A DNA stretch of 58,689 bases, the filler included, from Circinaria calcarea (lineage: Eukaryota): assembly GCA_051942165.1 (NCBI GenBank). It is 2 parts of 2 records of this genome, joined end to end, with 100 filler letters (N's around TTAATTAATTAA, not from the genome) between each part and the next. Parts side by side here need not be neighbours in the genome. Positions count along the whole stretch, not along the records: positions 1 to 29,300 come from JAVECS010000046.1; 1 more part is not named here. One strand, 5' to 3'. A program made the translations under genes and the position numbers. Numbering within the stretch: position 1 is the first letter of the stretch; each line of letters begins with the position of its first letter. The notes under the pieces were generated by a model that had not been told where the DNA came from, ran no database searches, and saw only the letters and a list, made by a program, of their open reading frames with translations. Positions 1-10,969 of this stretch are shown one piece after another.

Positions 1-37
1 ACGGACACAGGAGAGATGCAGATCATGTCATATTGAT

Positions 38-1129
38 TTAATTAGAATAATCGTAGAAGCCCTTCCCACTTTTCTTTCCCAACCAACCTGCATCGACCAT
101 CTTCCTCAATAGAACAGCAGGCCTGTACTTGCTATCCCCAGTCTGTTCGTATAAAACCTTCATGATGGCAAGACAGGTATCTATGCCAACGAAATCCGCC
201 AACTGCAACGGACCCATTGGAACATTTGTGCCATTCTTCATAATGCTGTCGATATCCTCTTTGCCCCCAACGCCCGTTTCTAGACATATGATTGCTTCGT
301 TGATGTAGGGCATCAGTATCCGGTTAGCTAGAAATCCTGGTGAATCAGCTGATCGCGATGGGATTTTGCCCATCTTCTTGACGAATGCAATTGCCGTGTC
401 GATTGTGTCTTGGGAGGTTTGCAGTCCGGTTATGATTTCCACCCCCTTCTGAACAGGTACCGGGTTCATGAAATGAGTGCTTATTACTCGCGAAGCAGCC
501 GAAAGGTCTGTAGGATCCTTTGTCGTCGTTGCGGCGATTTTGGTGATTGAAATCGACGAGGTGTTCGTTGCAAGTACAGCGTGAGAAGGACATATCTGAG
601 CAAGCTGGGCAAAGATTGAAGCCTTCAGCTCAGGTATCTCAGGCACTGCTTCGATAACGAAGTCCACCTCTGAGAGATCGTCCATTCTAGTTGCGGTCGA
701 TAGGCGTTCTCGGCTTGCTGTAGCGTCTTCACGAGATATGCGCTGCTTCGAAACATCTTTGTCTAGTAGCTTGTCTAGGGATTGGATTAGCATAGACGTA
801 ACAAATACTCAATGCCACTGACCCGCAAACTTCAATCCCTTCTCAATCGCAGCTTGTGAGCTATCGACCAGGGTCACATGGACTTGGGCTTTCTGTGCTG
901 CGACAAGAGCGATGCCTAATCCCTGACCTCCTACAATCAGCTCTTCCTAAGTGAAGCATTGGAACATGGAGTGAACATGTCCTGCAGACAGTACCATTTG
1001 CCCTGCCCCTATAACTCCAAGCCGCTTAACATCCGCTGCTACCCTCACCGCCGCACTGGCACTAAAACAGCGACTGCACGTAATTGTGCTTCGCAATAAA
1101 CGGCCGGTCGTTCTCAATGTCAACGGCAT
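38..1129 (-). CDS. 3-hydroxybutyryl/3-hydroxyacyl-CoA dehydrogenase, probably mitochondrial; 3 exons (1129-995, 922-823, 774-38)
   Basis: Splicing restores the Rossmann motif [14 protein letters not shown]. Also [34 protein letters not shown] and [15 protein letters not shown]. The Arg/Ser-rich N-terminus resembles a mitochondrial presequence. GT-AG introns at 994-923 and 822-775 keep frame. Confidence 0.95.
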
Positions 1130-1286
1130 TGTGCTAAGATCTTTAATTTACAAGCAAGACAAGAGTTCGTGTATCGAGGACATAACTATTTTGGCCTCGA
1201 ATGTTTCGTAGCCCTAAGAAGCCAGAGCCTCGGCATCCACGAGCTTGCCACGCTCGCGCACGAGCCATCCAGAAACTAAAGTGTGT

Positions 1287-1296
1287 CGCGTCGCGT
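1287..1296. promoter_or_regulatory. Tandem MCB-like element CGCGTCGCGT (ACGCGACGCG on minus) in the divergent promoter upstream of TOF1
   Basis: Two CGCG cores about 55 nt before the TOF1 ATG. MBF binds ACGCG-type sites and TOF1 is a G1/S gene in yeasts. Confidence 0.55.
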
Positions 1297-1351
1297 CTCA
1301 CGCAAATATCGCATTCTCGATTGCTCGGATTAAAGTCTAAACTTTGCAACC

Positions 1352-4300
1352 ATGGACGAGGAGAAGGCAACGTACAATGTGGTAGACCCCCAAGTTCGTG
1401 CATATGTGTATAGTCTTGTTTCTGCTGTAAGTTGCAAATGTAGCTCGAGCCACTGTCAATTCTTACAGAGAAACAGCTAGGTGGAACCGGCGCCGATGAG
1501 GATGGCCGATATGTGCTGGGGGACGATGCGTTGGCATGTCTTAAGGATATCAAGAGATGGTTGAAGTTTTACGATGAAAAGGCGAACCGATTGGATGTTG
1601 CGCGATGTCTGGCCGAGGCAAACCTCGTTAATGGGGACCTCTTAGAAATATTGGCAGCATGGCCGGAGGAAGCAACGGACAATAAAATCAAGTCGAAGAT
1701 TGCGTTAGCATGCTGTATGGTCTATCCTCTGAGGCTTGAAGTATATGAGTGCTAACAAAGAATCGCCCAGTGGAGCTACTTGTGCCGTTGACATGGCCAA
1801 TCGAAAAGAACGAGCTTCAGATGACGGTGAACCACCATAGACATATACCATATCTCCAACTCGCACAATTATCTTACAAACGAGGTATATTGGAACATGA
1901 ATCTTCAAAGATTTTGCGGACTGGGGTTCGCATTGGACTTCCTTCGATTGCACTGCCCATGGGCGAGCGGGGACCACGTGAGGAGGGAATTATTAGGCTG
2001 ATATTGTATTTCTTCCGGAACCTTGCGATGATATCGACGCCGGTGCAATTGCCAGTTGAGTGGAATGAAAATGAGGTGTCCAGATCCGCCACCATAGAAG
2101 CATTCCACTACCAAGAAGTCTTAGCTCTATTGCTCACAATTGCCTCTAACATGGGAGAGGACTTCAATACTCAAGACGTCGTCATACTAGAAATCCTATT
2201 CCATCTACTAAAGGGTGTGGATGTTGAGAAACTTTTTATGAACGACATCCAGCGTAATGTCAAGAGGGCTGACGAGTTGCAAGTTTTGTTGGAAAAGGAG
2301 GCTGGGATGCATAGAGGTTATGCCAAGAATGCACCGACAAGGCACAATCGTTTCGGTACGATGATCTGGGTCAAACGGGATGATTCCCGTTTTTCTACTG
2401 TTTCTGGGCAAGATGTGCTCATAAACAGCCAAAAAACTCTGTCGAAAATGGATCAGTCCAAGAAGTGGAATCGATCAAAGTTACGAGGGAAAATGGACGA
2501 GCAGACATTGAATGACTTCGACCTTCCAGTACTACTGACTGTCTCTGCGAACCAGCATCTTAGATCGTTTGTTGAGGAATTCCTAGATTCCAGCTTCAAT
2601 CCCCTTTTCAGCCACCTGAGAAGAGCCATTGAGCGCGAAGCTGACCGAGTGCTTGAAGTGCATGCACAGCAATACTTTTATCTCGTGTCCTGGTTCCTTG
2701 AGACCGAGCGTGTACGGCGAAAATCGAAGAAGGCACATCAGCAAGGGAAGCAGAGCATGGATGAAATCTTTGAAGCTGATAGCTTCGGACTTGTAGCCAG
2801 CGTGCTAAATCAAGAGACTTTTATCGTTCTCAACAGATTTATGCAGGACCGATTGGACATGAAGTCTTGGAAAGAAGTCAATGCCGGAATGCGGTGTCTT
2901 ACCCAAATTCTACTAACGGTCCAAGAAATGTCAGAATCCACCCTTGAAGAAGACCAGGAGATCGCCGAAAATATCCAAAATCGCATCTTTTACGAAGAAA
3001 CCACGCATGACAGAATCATCGCAATACTTCGTGGTTATAAGGATCAGGGGTTTGGATATCTTGACGCTTGTACCGAACTATCATATGTATTCCTACGAAT
3101 GCTAGAACGCTACTCGAAAGAAAACGTCGATCTCCAAATCCGATCAAAGCGGCGTGCGCGGAAGAAGAAGAGAGCTGCTCGACAAGAAACTGACGGACTG
3201 AGTGATGCAGGTGGTCAAGGCTCTGAGGCAGAGGATGCCGCCGAAGCTCAACGTGTGTCTAGAGAGCGAAAGTTTGACTTCAACCGCTTTGCTTCCAAAT
3301 TCCTGACCCAGAATTGCATCAATACCTTTGTTGGCTTCACATCGTACTACAAGGATCTCCGGCAAGAACAACTGAAACGCGCTCACAGATATTTTTATCG
3401 TGTGGCTTTCAAACAGGAAATGAGTGTTATGCTCTTCCGGCTGGACATCATCGCCTTGTTTAATAGGATGATAAAAGGTCCACAAGGGCTAGATCCAAGC
3501 AATCCAATGTTTAGAGAGTGGGATGAGCTTACAAGGCAGCTCAATCGGCGCATGATCAAGAAGTTGCAGCAGCGCCCTGAACTAGCGGTGGAGCTTCTCT
3601 TCAGTAAAATCAGCTCAACAGTATTCTATCTCGAGTATGGATATGAGAAGCAGACAATCTCATCGAAACCCCGAGCGCCGGCAGAGCTCGAAGTCAAAGG
3701 AACAATGGCGAGGGAGGAGCAGATAGGAGTTATAATAGCTGCAATGTATGAAGACAAGCTTGACTCTATCAACTTTGTGAAAGACGTCCTCTCTTGCGCA
3801 GCAAGCGAGCGAAAAAGCTGGGAATCAGAAGCGGAAGCCAGACAGTTTCTTGATGAAAGTACGGAGGAAGTTCCAAAGATTGCTAGGCCTCCATCAATAT
3901 GTGAGTAATCCGAGACTAGAACATTGCATATCATACTGACGTGTGAAGTCGTCAAGCCCGACAACGATGAGAGGCGTATTGCCATGTTCAAAGACAACAA
4001 ACTACGACTGCTTATGACCTTGGTCGGATTTGAAAGACTAGGATTAGAGGATGAACCAGATGCTACTTGGATTGTCCCTTCTACCATATCCTCAGCGACG
4101 CTGCAGGAGACACACGCTATTGTCGAACGGCATAGTGACAACCCTGTTATGCATTATGGTGAAGATGATCCTAAATGTGCAGAAGATCTCCTTCGACGAA
4201 AATCTGCTATACGAGTCCGTAGGGCAGAATTTGACGATGATTCTGACGGAGACGGCATTGTAACCGACGGCGAAGAGGAGTTTCTATTTCCTGCAGGGGG

Positions 4301-5033
4301 GCCCACAAATCGCAAGCCAGACGCACTGGCCGAGCTAAAGAAGAGACGTCGCAGGCGAATAAATAGCGGATCGGATGATGAAGAAGGACTGGATGATGCG
4401 ACAATAGAAAAACGAAGAAAAGCTCGGCTGCTGGCTGATTTGGAGAAGAGGAGAAAGATCAAGAGCGAGGAGTACGTGCATGACAGTGATGACGAGGAAG
4501 ACGAGGAAAGGGACAGGGAATTCTTTTCAAGGGAGGAACAAAGGGGGAAGGTGCATGCGATCAAGGTGTTGGAAGCACTAAAGATAGGAGATGTCTCCGG
4601 ACTTACGAGTGGCAGTGGACCAGCGAGAAGCAGAAAACGCAAATCAAAGGCTACAGATAGCGCTAGAGATAAACGGGCGAAGCATGCAGAAACTGATATA
4701 CATAGTGGTGAGGATGAAGCTCCGTCTGATACCGGAGAGTCGTCCCCACCAACGCGCCTCATGGACATGGACACAAGTGATGAGGAAGTTTCCGACACTC
4801 CGTTATCATCACCACACGTTATTTCATCACGAGAAGCTTCCTTCGCTAAACGTTTGCAACCGCAAATACCAGTAGGGAGGATGGATGGAATCAAGGCTCT
4901 ACCGGTTGCACCCGATGATGCAGGTAAGCGCGAGGATGAGGATGAGGATGGAGAAAGGGATGAGATGCCGATGGCTATGACTGGGAGACGGCGCGCGAGA
5001 GGCATTTTTCTTGATAACAGTGATTCGGACTGA
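1352..5033 (+). CDS. TOF1: Replication fork protection factor Tof1/Timeless (S. pombe Swi1); 4 exons (1352-1426, 1477-1714, 1771-3900, 3949-5033)
   Basis: Timeless N-terminal signature ([18 protein letters not shown]...[51 protein letters not shown]) and an acidic/basic C-terminal tail. Introns keep phase. Confidence 0.95.
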
Positions 5034-5342
5034 CTTTTGCGTCGCGATACCCAGAAAGGACTCTGCTATTGGGAATTGAAAAGGCCGTTTTTGGAGATCT
5101 CTATAATCCACTTGTCACACCTAGTGCAGTGTACTGAGCTGTGTGGCTGTAAAAACAATGTATTATCCTGTGATCCGTATGACTAAATCACAGCAGTGAA
5201 TCTACTTAGAACCACTCATGCTGATATATGCCCTGGCATAGTATCCTTTGACCTTGTAAAAACAGCAGCTGTGGTACGTAACCCAAGTGACAACGGAGCT
5301 GTACAAAAAGATCTTGACAGATTCATGATGGCAGTTGTCTAG

Positions 5343-7436
5343 TGTGCCGAGAAGTCGAAGATGTGTATCGCAAAGAAGACTGTACTGAGCACCAATGTTA
5401 GTAAGAGAAGTTTGCTATCGATCGGGATGTGATTATCTTCGTCTTACAAGGCCAGACGCCATCAAGGAGTAACACCGGCGGTATTGTTCGCAGCTACGGT
5501 ACCCAATGCAATATCCTGCGTGCTGTTTGTCCTGACCGTAGTAGTCATCGCAGCTCTTGTTCGGTAACTGTAATAGGTTAGCGTTGACCTAGAATACTCG
5601 CTTCGTAGCGTTGAGTTTGACATACCTCATCCAACCCAAACACCTCATGAATTCCTTGCGATACACAAGAAGGGGAACCATGAGTGCCAGCAACACGACA
5701 CTTACAACGGCCAGATCTATAATCGTTCTTGATGTGTCCATCTTGTTCTCGGTCTGATGGTACTGAGGATTTGTCTGGGGAGGGCTTGCACGAAGTAGGG
5801 TTGAACAGGCAGGCTGATAGTATTGAGGATGTATGTGTAAAGAGCTCGCACGGATTTGGCTTGGAGAAAGAGGCGGGTGGCAATAAGTTTGTGTGCAGAA
5901 AGAGCTCGAACGAAAACGCGTTGAAGAAGCAAGCTTCCTTCTCGCAGACTGTGTCCAAGTTTACGTCCGACACGTTCCGTCGCCGCAGAACAACGTTGAG
6001 CACTTCAAACAGCGGCTCATCACCCGCAAGTGCTCCACGCTCAGGTATCCCCACGCCACATGGACGCCCATCACCACTGCATCGTAGACCATCCTTCCTC
6101 GCTAGCCTCTCGGCACTCACGTGTAGCACTCCTGCTAAGCCAGAGCCGCAGCCTCCAGCCAGCAAGATCCGCAATATCTCCACCAAGCTTGCTCAACGGC
6201 CCTTTTTGTCTCGTTTCAGCAGTCTTCCAGCACCTTCGCTGAGCCCCATTCCCCCCTTCGCAGACGGAGGACAACGTAAGAGAAGCATCCACATCACGGA
6301 ACGCAAGCTCATGGCACCGCTGCCTCCTCCGTTGCCTCGGAGCACAACATTTGGCGCCCTGAAAAGTCATGCTCCTGCAGGCTCCACTCCACAAACGCCA
6401 AGTTATGCGCGGGCTACTTCGAGCAGCCAAGCTCGTAGCAGGCAGAGCGGGTCATTGGAGGCATCACTGAGCGGAGGCAGGATAACCACTTCCACATCTG
6501 CAACAAGGCGTCAGGTTCGACGTAACCAGCCTCGATATGGGATCGATACGCCAACGCCTGCGAGAAAGGTCACTCCACAAGGTTACCTCAAGCGAGAGAT
6601 AACCAGCAATAACCTACCTGGACCAAATGAATGTAGGCGCTCCTATCCACCTTTATGAAACCCTGGCACTTGTGCATTGACAAACACACAAAGCAGACAA
6701 AAGTGTTGAAAGCGACGTGACTCCTCGGACCGTGAAGCAATCCCGTGGTACCCCGTTCCGGAGTATCTCATTTCCCAATCCCCAGGACCCAGGACCCAAA
6801 GAGATTTGGAAGCATAGCCACCTCGCATCCATCAGCTCTCGCACTCCGGACCTCCTTCCAGTGCAAGAGTCTTCCACCTCAGATCCAATGGACGAATATT
6901 CTCCCTCGGAAAACGAACGCAATGTTACCCCGACCCCAGCAGAACCCAACAACCCGCGCCAGGTACCTCACCCTCTTTCCCCTTTACCAATCATATTTAT
7001 ATACCATCTAACCAATCGGCCTCCTCTTCCTCCCACCTAGATCACCGCAGCTCAACTTCCCACATATTGGCTCGGCCGCCTCACCTCCCTCTCCGACCGC
7101 TTCCGCACCGAAGCCCTCGCCGACAGTCTCTCCTCCAGCGACGGCATGCACGACGACGGGCGCCGCATGAAGCGCGTCTTTATCCACTTGAACAGCTTAT
7201 GCGTGACAGAGGAGGCGAAGGAGAGTTTGGAGAAGTTTCGGGTGTTGTATGAGAAGAGAATGGGGCTGGAGGCAAGGGCGGAGAGAGGGGAGATGCAGAA
7301 GATGGTGTTTGCGGAGATGAAGGCCAAGGAGGAAGGGAAGCCGGAGAGGAAGGCGGACGGGGAGAAAGAGGAGAAGAAGGGGGTTTTTGAAAAGTTGGTG
7401 GGACGGAAGAAGAAGGCGCTGGGTGGGAAGAAGTAG
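5343..7436 (+). CDS. Unnamed Ser/Pro/Arg-rich protein. Main exons 5732-6632, 6697-6962, 7041-7436, with probable upstream exons 5343-5396, 5451-5498, 5545-5563, 5609-5732 in another frame; start uncertain
   Basis: Introns 6633-6696 and 6963-7040 join three ORFs in frame. The globular-looking C-terminus reads PTYWLGRLTSLSDRFRTE...RRMKRVFIHLNSLCVTEEAKESL. Upstream exons splice in phase but end at TGA 5730-5732. Confidence 0.65.
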
Positions 7437-7898
7437 GGGATACAGTGATTGGACGGGTTGCAGCTTTCAAAATTGGCAAGGTTATGGATGATATGATATG
7501 ATTGACGAAACGGAAAGGTATTTACTCAGCACATCACGGTGGCGGAAGGCGTGGAGATGTAGCACGACACATAACCGTGCCTACTAAAGGTTAGTTAGTC
7601 ATGGTACTCGAGAACGGTAGAATAGACCCGGGCAAGCTTCATGTCTAAAGGTCTCGACGGAGTAGTTTAGCGGAATGAATTCTTTGCTTCACAGATAGAT
7701 AGTGCCTCGAAGGGGTGAGCTTGCACACACTGGAGCTATGAAAAAAAGTGGCACTTGCCTCGGAAATACCGGTAATGCGCCAAAGAGGGGGTGAAAAGTA
7801 ATATCCGTCTTTCAATACCTTCCAAGAGTGTCCCTCCATTTGTCCCAGAAAACGCCCCCTCGAACAACACCCAGCTTCCCATCCTACCTCCACCAAAA

Positions 7899-9486
7899 TC
7901 ATCCCCCTTTCTTTGGCCGGCTCCTCAAGTACGCCGCGATTTGCTCGTGCCTGGTCACGAAAAACATGCGCCTCGCTTCATTCTTCCACACCAGCACCCC
8001 AATCTCCTCTGCATACTTGCAGGGGCCCTCAAACTCGGCCGCACTGACAAAATCCTTGAATAAGAAGCCCACCGTTGCTTTCATTCTCTCCCCTTCAATC
8101 TGCCACAGCCGGATCTGATCCACGACCGTGGGCGGGAGGACGGGATTATTCTTCCTCATTTGCGGGTGTGCGTGGGTGCTGAGGAAGCTGATGATCTGCT
8201 CACTCGTGATGCCCATGCCCACGGCGCGACGGATGGATTCGCGCGTGATTTTGCCGGCGACCATGTTGGGGTAGCGGGTCTTGAGTTTGATGAAGAGCTG
8301 GAGGATGGCGATTTGGAGCTGAGAGGAGGTGTAGGCGTAGATACGGTAGTTTGTTTCGATGACGATGAAGCCTTTACCGTCGGCGGAGCGAAGGGCATTG
8401 TCGAAGCCGGCGGATGCGGAGCGCAGCGCGCCGGCGTCGGAGGTAAGGGTCGTTGCGAGGCGGGTGGGGTAGAAACGCGTGGAGGTGGGGCTAGATTGGT
8501 AGACGATGCCAAAGTCGCCGAGGTCTTCGAGCATCTGGAGTTGAGTGGGAGTGAGGGTTGCTTTACTATAGTCTTGGCCGAGTTCGAGGCTGCCGAGCAT
8601 AAAAAGGAAGGAAAGTACGTCGACGGAGTCCATTCGTAGCTTAGGAGCGCCCAATCATCAGCCTTCCCCTGATGGCGGTCCAGATCTCAATGGACTAAGG
8701 TTCTGCAACATACCTGCTCGGCATTATCAAGGTAGTAGACTAGAACTGTCCACACCTGGGCATTGACTTCTTGCAAAATGAATGCAAATCCTTCTTTTGT
8801 AATGTCCACTTTTTTCCCTCGTACCTTTACAAGGCCCCCGGCTTGCAACAGCGTTTTGACGCCATGACTGAGTTTCACGCCCTCATCCACAATGCTGAGC
8901 CCAGTACTGCCAACCATATACCCCAGTACACCTTCCCATTGCTTGCGCGCATACTCATCTAGCTGAGGAATGCTGACGAGATCCTTGTCGGGTGTATTGC
9001 AAGGTACACCAAATGACTTATGGTTACCGCCACCTGTTAGTGCTTGCCGTAGCGACGACGCGAAAGGATTCGTGAGCGCATACGTTCTCGGCTGGCCTGG
9101 ATTGGTTACGGTTGTCAGGACGTGAAGTCGCTCTAGGAGGGAGAGAGCATGATCTCGTTCTCTGGAGAGAAAAGACTTTAGCAAATCTATTGGAAATCAC
9201 CCAGTTACTCACACACTTTCTGTTGTCCGGTCGTATCCATGATTCGAGGTCTGACACTGGCAAAGGATAACTGATGTAAAGCATCGCCATCACCAAGCTC
9301 TTAGCTTGAAAGGCCCGCTGTCAGTATGACAGCTAAGGTGGGCGAATTGCGCCACGGCATACCCAGATGAGGCAGCATGCGCCTGAAGATTGCGAGAGCT
9401 GTCGAAGGCTGCTGATACAGGCGATTGAAGACTGTGCCGGGCAGACCTTCGAGGTAATCGAAAGACCGAAGAGAAGAACCCGACAT
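7899..9486 (-). CDS. TFB2: TFIIH subunit Tfb2/p52; 4 exons (9486-9363, 9304-9217, 9161-~8715, ~8640-7899)
   Basis: [54 protein letters not shown] and [19 protein letters not shown] are Tfb2 signatures. Confidence 0.96.
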
Positions 9487-9694
9487 AGCGGCAACTGGTT
9501 TCAGCTGTTCCCTTCAATGGAAAAGTGTCACCTATCGATCATGATTTTTGGCTTTCATCCACATTCGAGGGAATGAAGTGGTAGTTCTTAGGTACGCGCT
9601 TATCTATATGAGGCGGCTAAATCGAAGCCCTAGGCGTCTGCTAAATCGGCCCTTACCTATACCAAAGTATAGGAGCTCACACTAGTAGGTCGTG

Positions 9695-10876
9695 ATGGCA
9701 GCTCTGAAGTTTGTCAGAACAGTGAGTTCATATGGCGAACCTTGACGATTATTGGATGACGGTATATCAGGTTTGGGAGTCTTTCAGAGCGAATTCCGGT
9801 CTCGAACCTAGGTTATTGTTCCTTTAGGTTTTCAGTTAAAGGCTGCCTTTGCTAACTTGATCATCGGAAAGACTCCTTGATGGTGTAAGTATTAAGCACA
9901 CGTTCCACTCTCTTTTCAGGCATCGCTTAGCTACTTTTATTGTCGTTATAAGAAGCATGATTGATTCACCATCCCCCCTTTTTCCGCATAGTAACTTCCC
10001 CTGGTTTGATGTCTTATCTATTACCAAGTCACATAATGTACCCGGTCAATATACAACAGGAACATAATATTCCGTCTTCAGCATCAGATACTTAAAGACG
10101 ACCAACGATGCAAACTAAACATACACTGACAACCACCAACTTAACAACAGCTACGAGTCACAGCCGCCAAGCCAGGGACCGTAAACTTTGAGCTCGACAT
10201 CCAGAAAGAGCACACAGTACGTCTCTGCTACTCGAGTAGCTCCCCTTAATCTAGCACTACTAAGCCCGAATCAGAACCGACTGGGTATACTCCATGGAGG
10301 AACAATAGCAAGCATGGGTACCTCCCTCTCGGGTCATCCCAGCATCTCCGTTCCCGCTGAACTATACAACAGTGGATCTTGGAGGTTCTCTTGCTGTAGC
10401 ATCTAAAGGTCTCTTTGCTACTGGCGTGTCTATAGATCTGAGTGGTATATATGACTGAGACTGCAGGGGAATGCTTTACTGATAGCAAGAGTCCATAGTG
10501 ACATATCTCAACTCTGGTGGCAAGATAGGTGACACTCTGCGTGCGGTGAGTTCCTTAATCTAGGGAATAGAAGATCTTGCTGATTATTCTAGGAGGTGAC
10601 ATGTGATAAATGTAAGGAATGCTGCTAAGAAATGGGCCATGGAGATGACCAGCTGATGGCTGCTTCACACAAGTCGGCAAGACTTTGGCATATACGTCAA
10701 CTAGATTCCTTAATAACAAAGACGAGTTAGTGGCTAGAGGAAGTCACACTAAGTGAGTCAGCCGGCTTTCCAAAAGCTGTAATTCTAATGGCTTTATCCT
10801 TTGGGTCAGATATGTGACAATGGCCTGGAAGGACCCGAATAATATCGTGGAAGAGCTTTCTCCCCGATCAAGATGA
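9695..10876 (+). CDS. Hotdog-fold acyl-CoA thioesterase (PaaI/ACOT13-like), 157 aa; 10 exons (9695-9721, 9771-9811, 9872-9884, 10151-10216, 10275-10317, 10373-10444, 10499-10545, 10593-10611, 10674-10752, 10810-10876)
   Basis: Manual splicing gives a 474-nt frame: MAALKFVRTVWESFRANSGLEPRLLDGLRVTAAKPGTVNFELDIQKEHTNRLGILHGGTIASMVDLGGSLAVASKG...GKTLAY...VARGSHTKY. It carries the NxxxxLHGG...D catalytic motif. Confidence 0.9.
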
Positions 10877-10969
10877 TCGCTGGGTATCTAATATACATGC
10901 AAAACTTTCGTTCCAATCCTTTGACGGGAGCGTCAAAGAGGCACTAGAATAACAGGCATTTGCTGCACC

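Noticed and set aside
3626..5005. Long antisense ORFs (171 and 283 aa), and similar shadows over TFB2, AUR1 and SWI1 (e.g. 55689-56396)
   Set aside because: They are off-frame or antisense shadows of biased real coding sequence.
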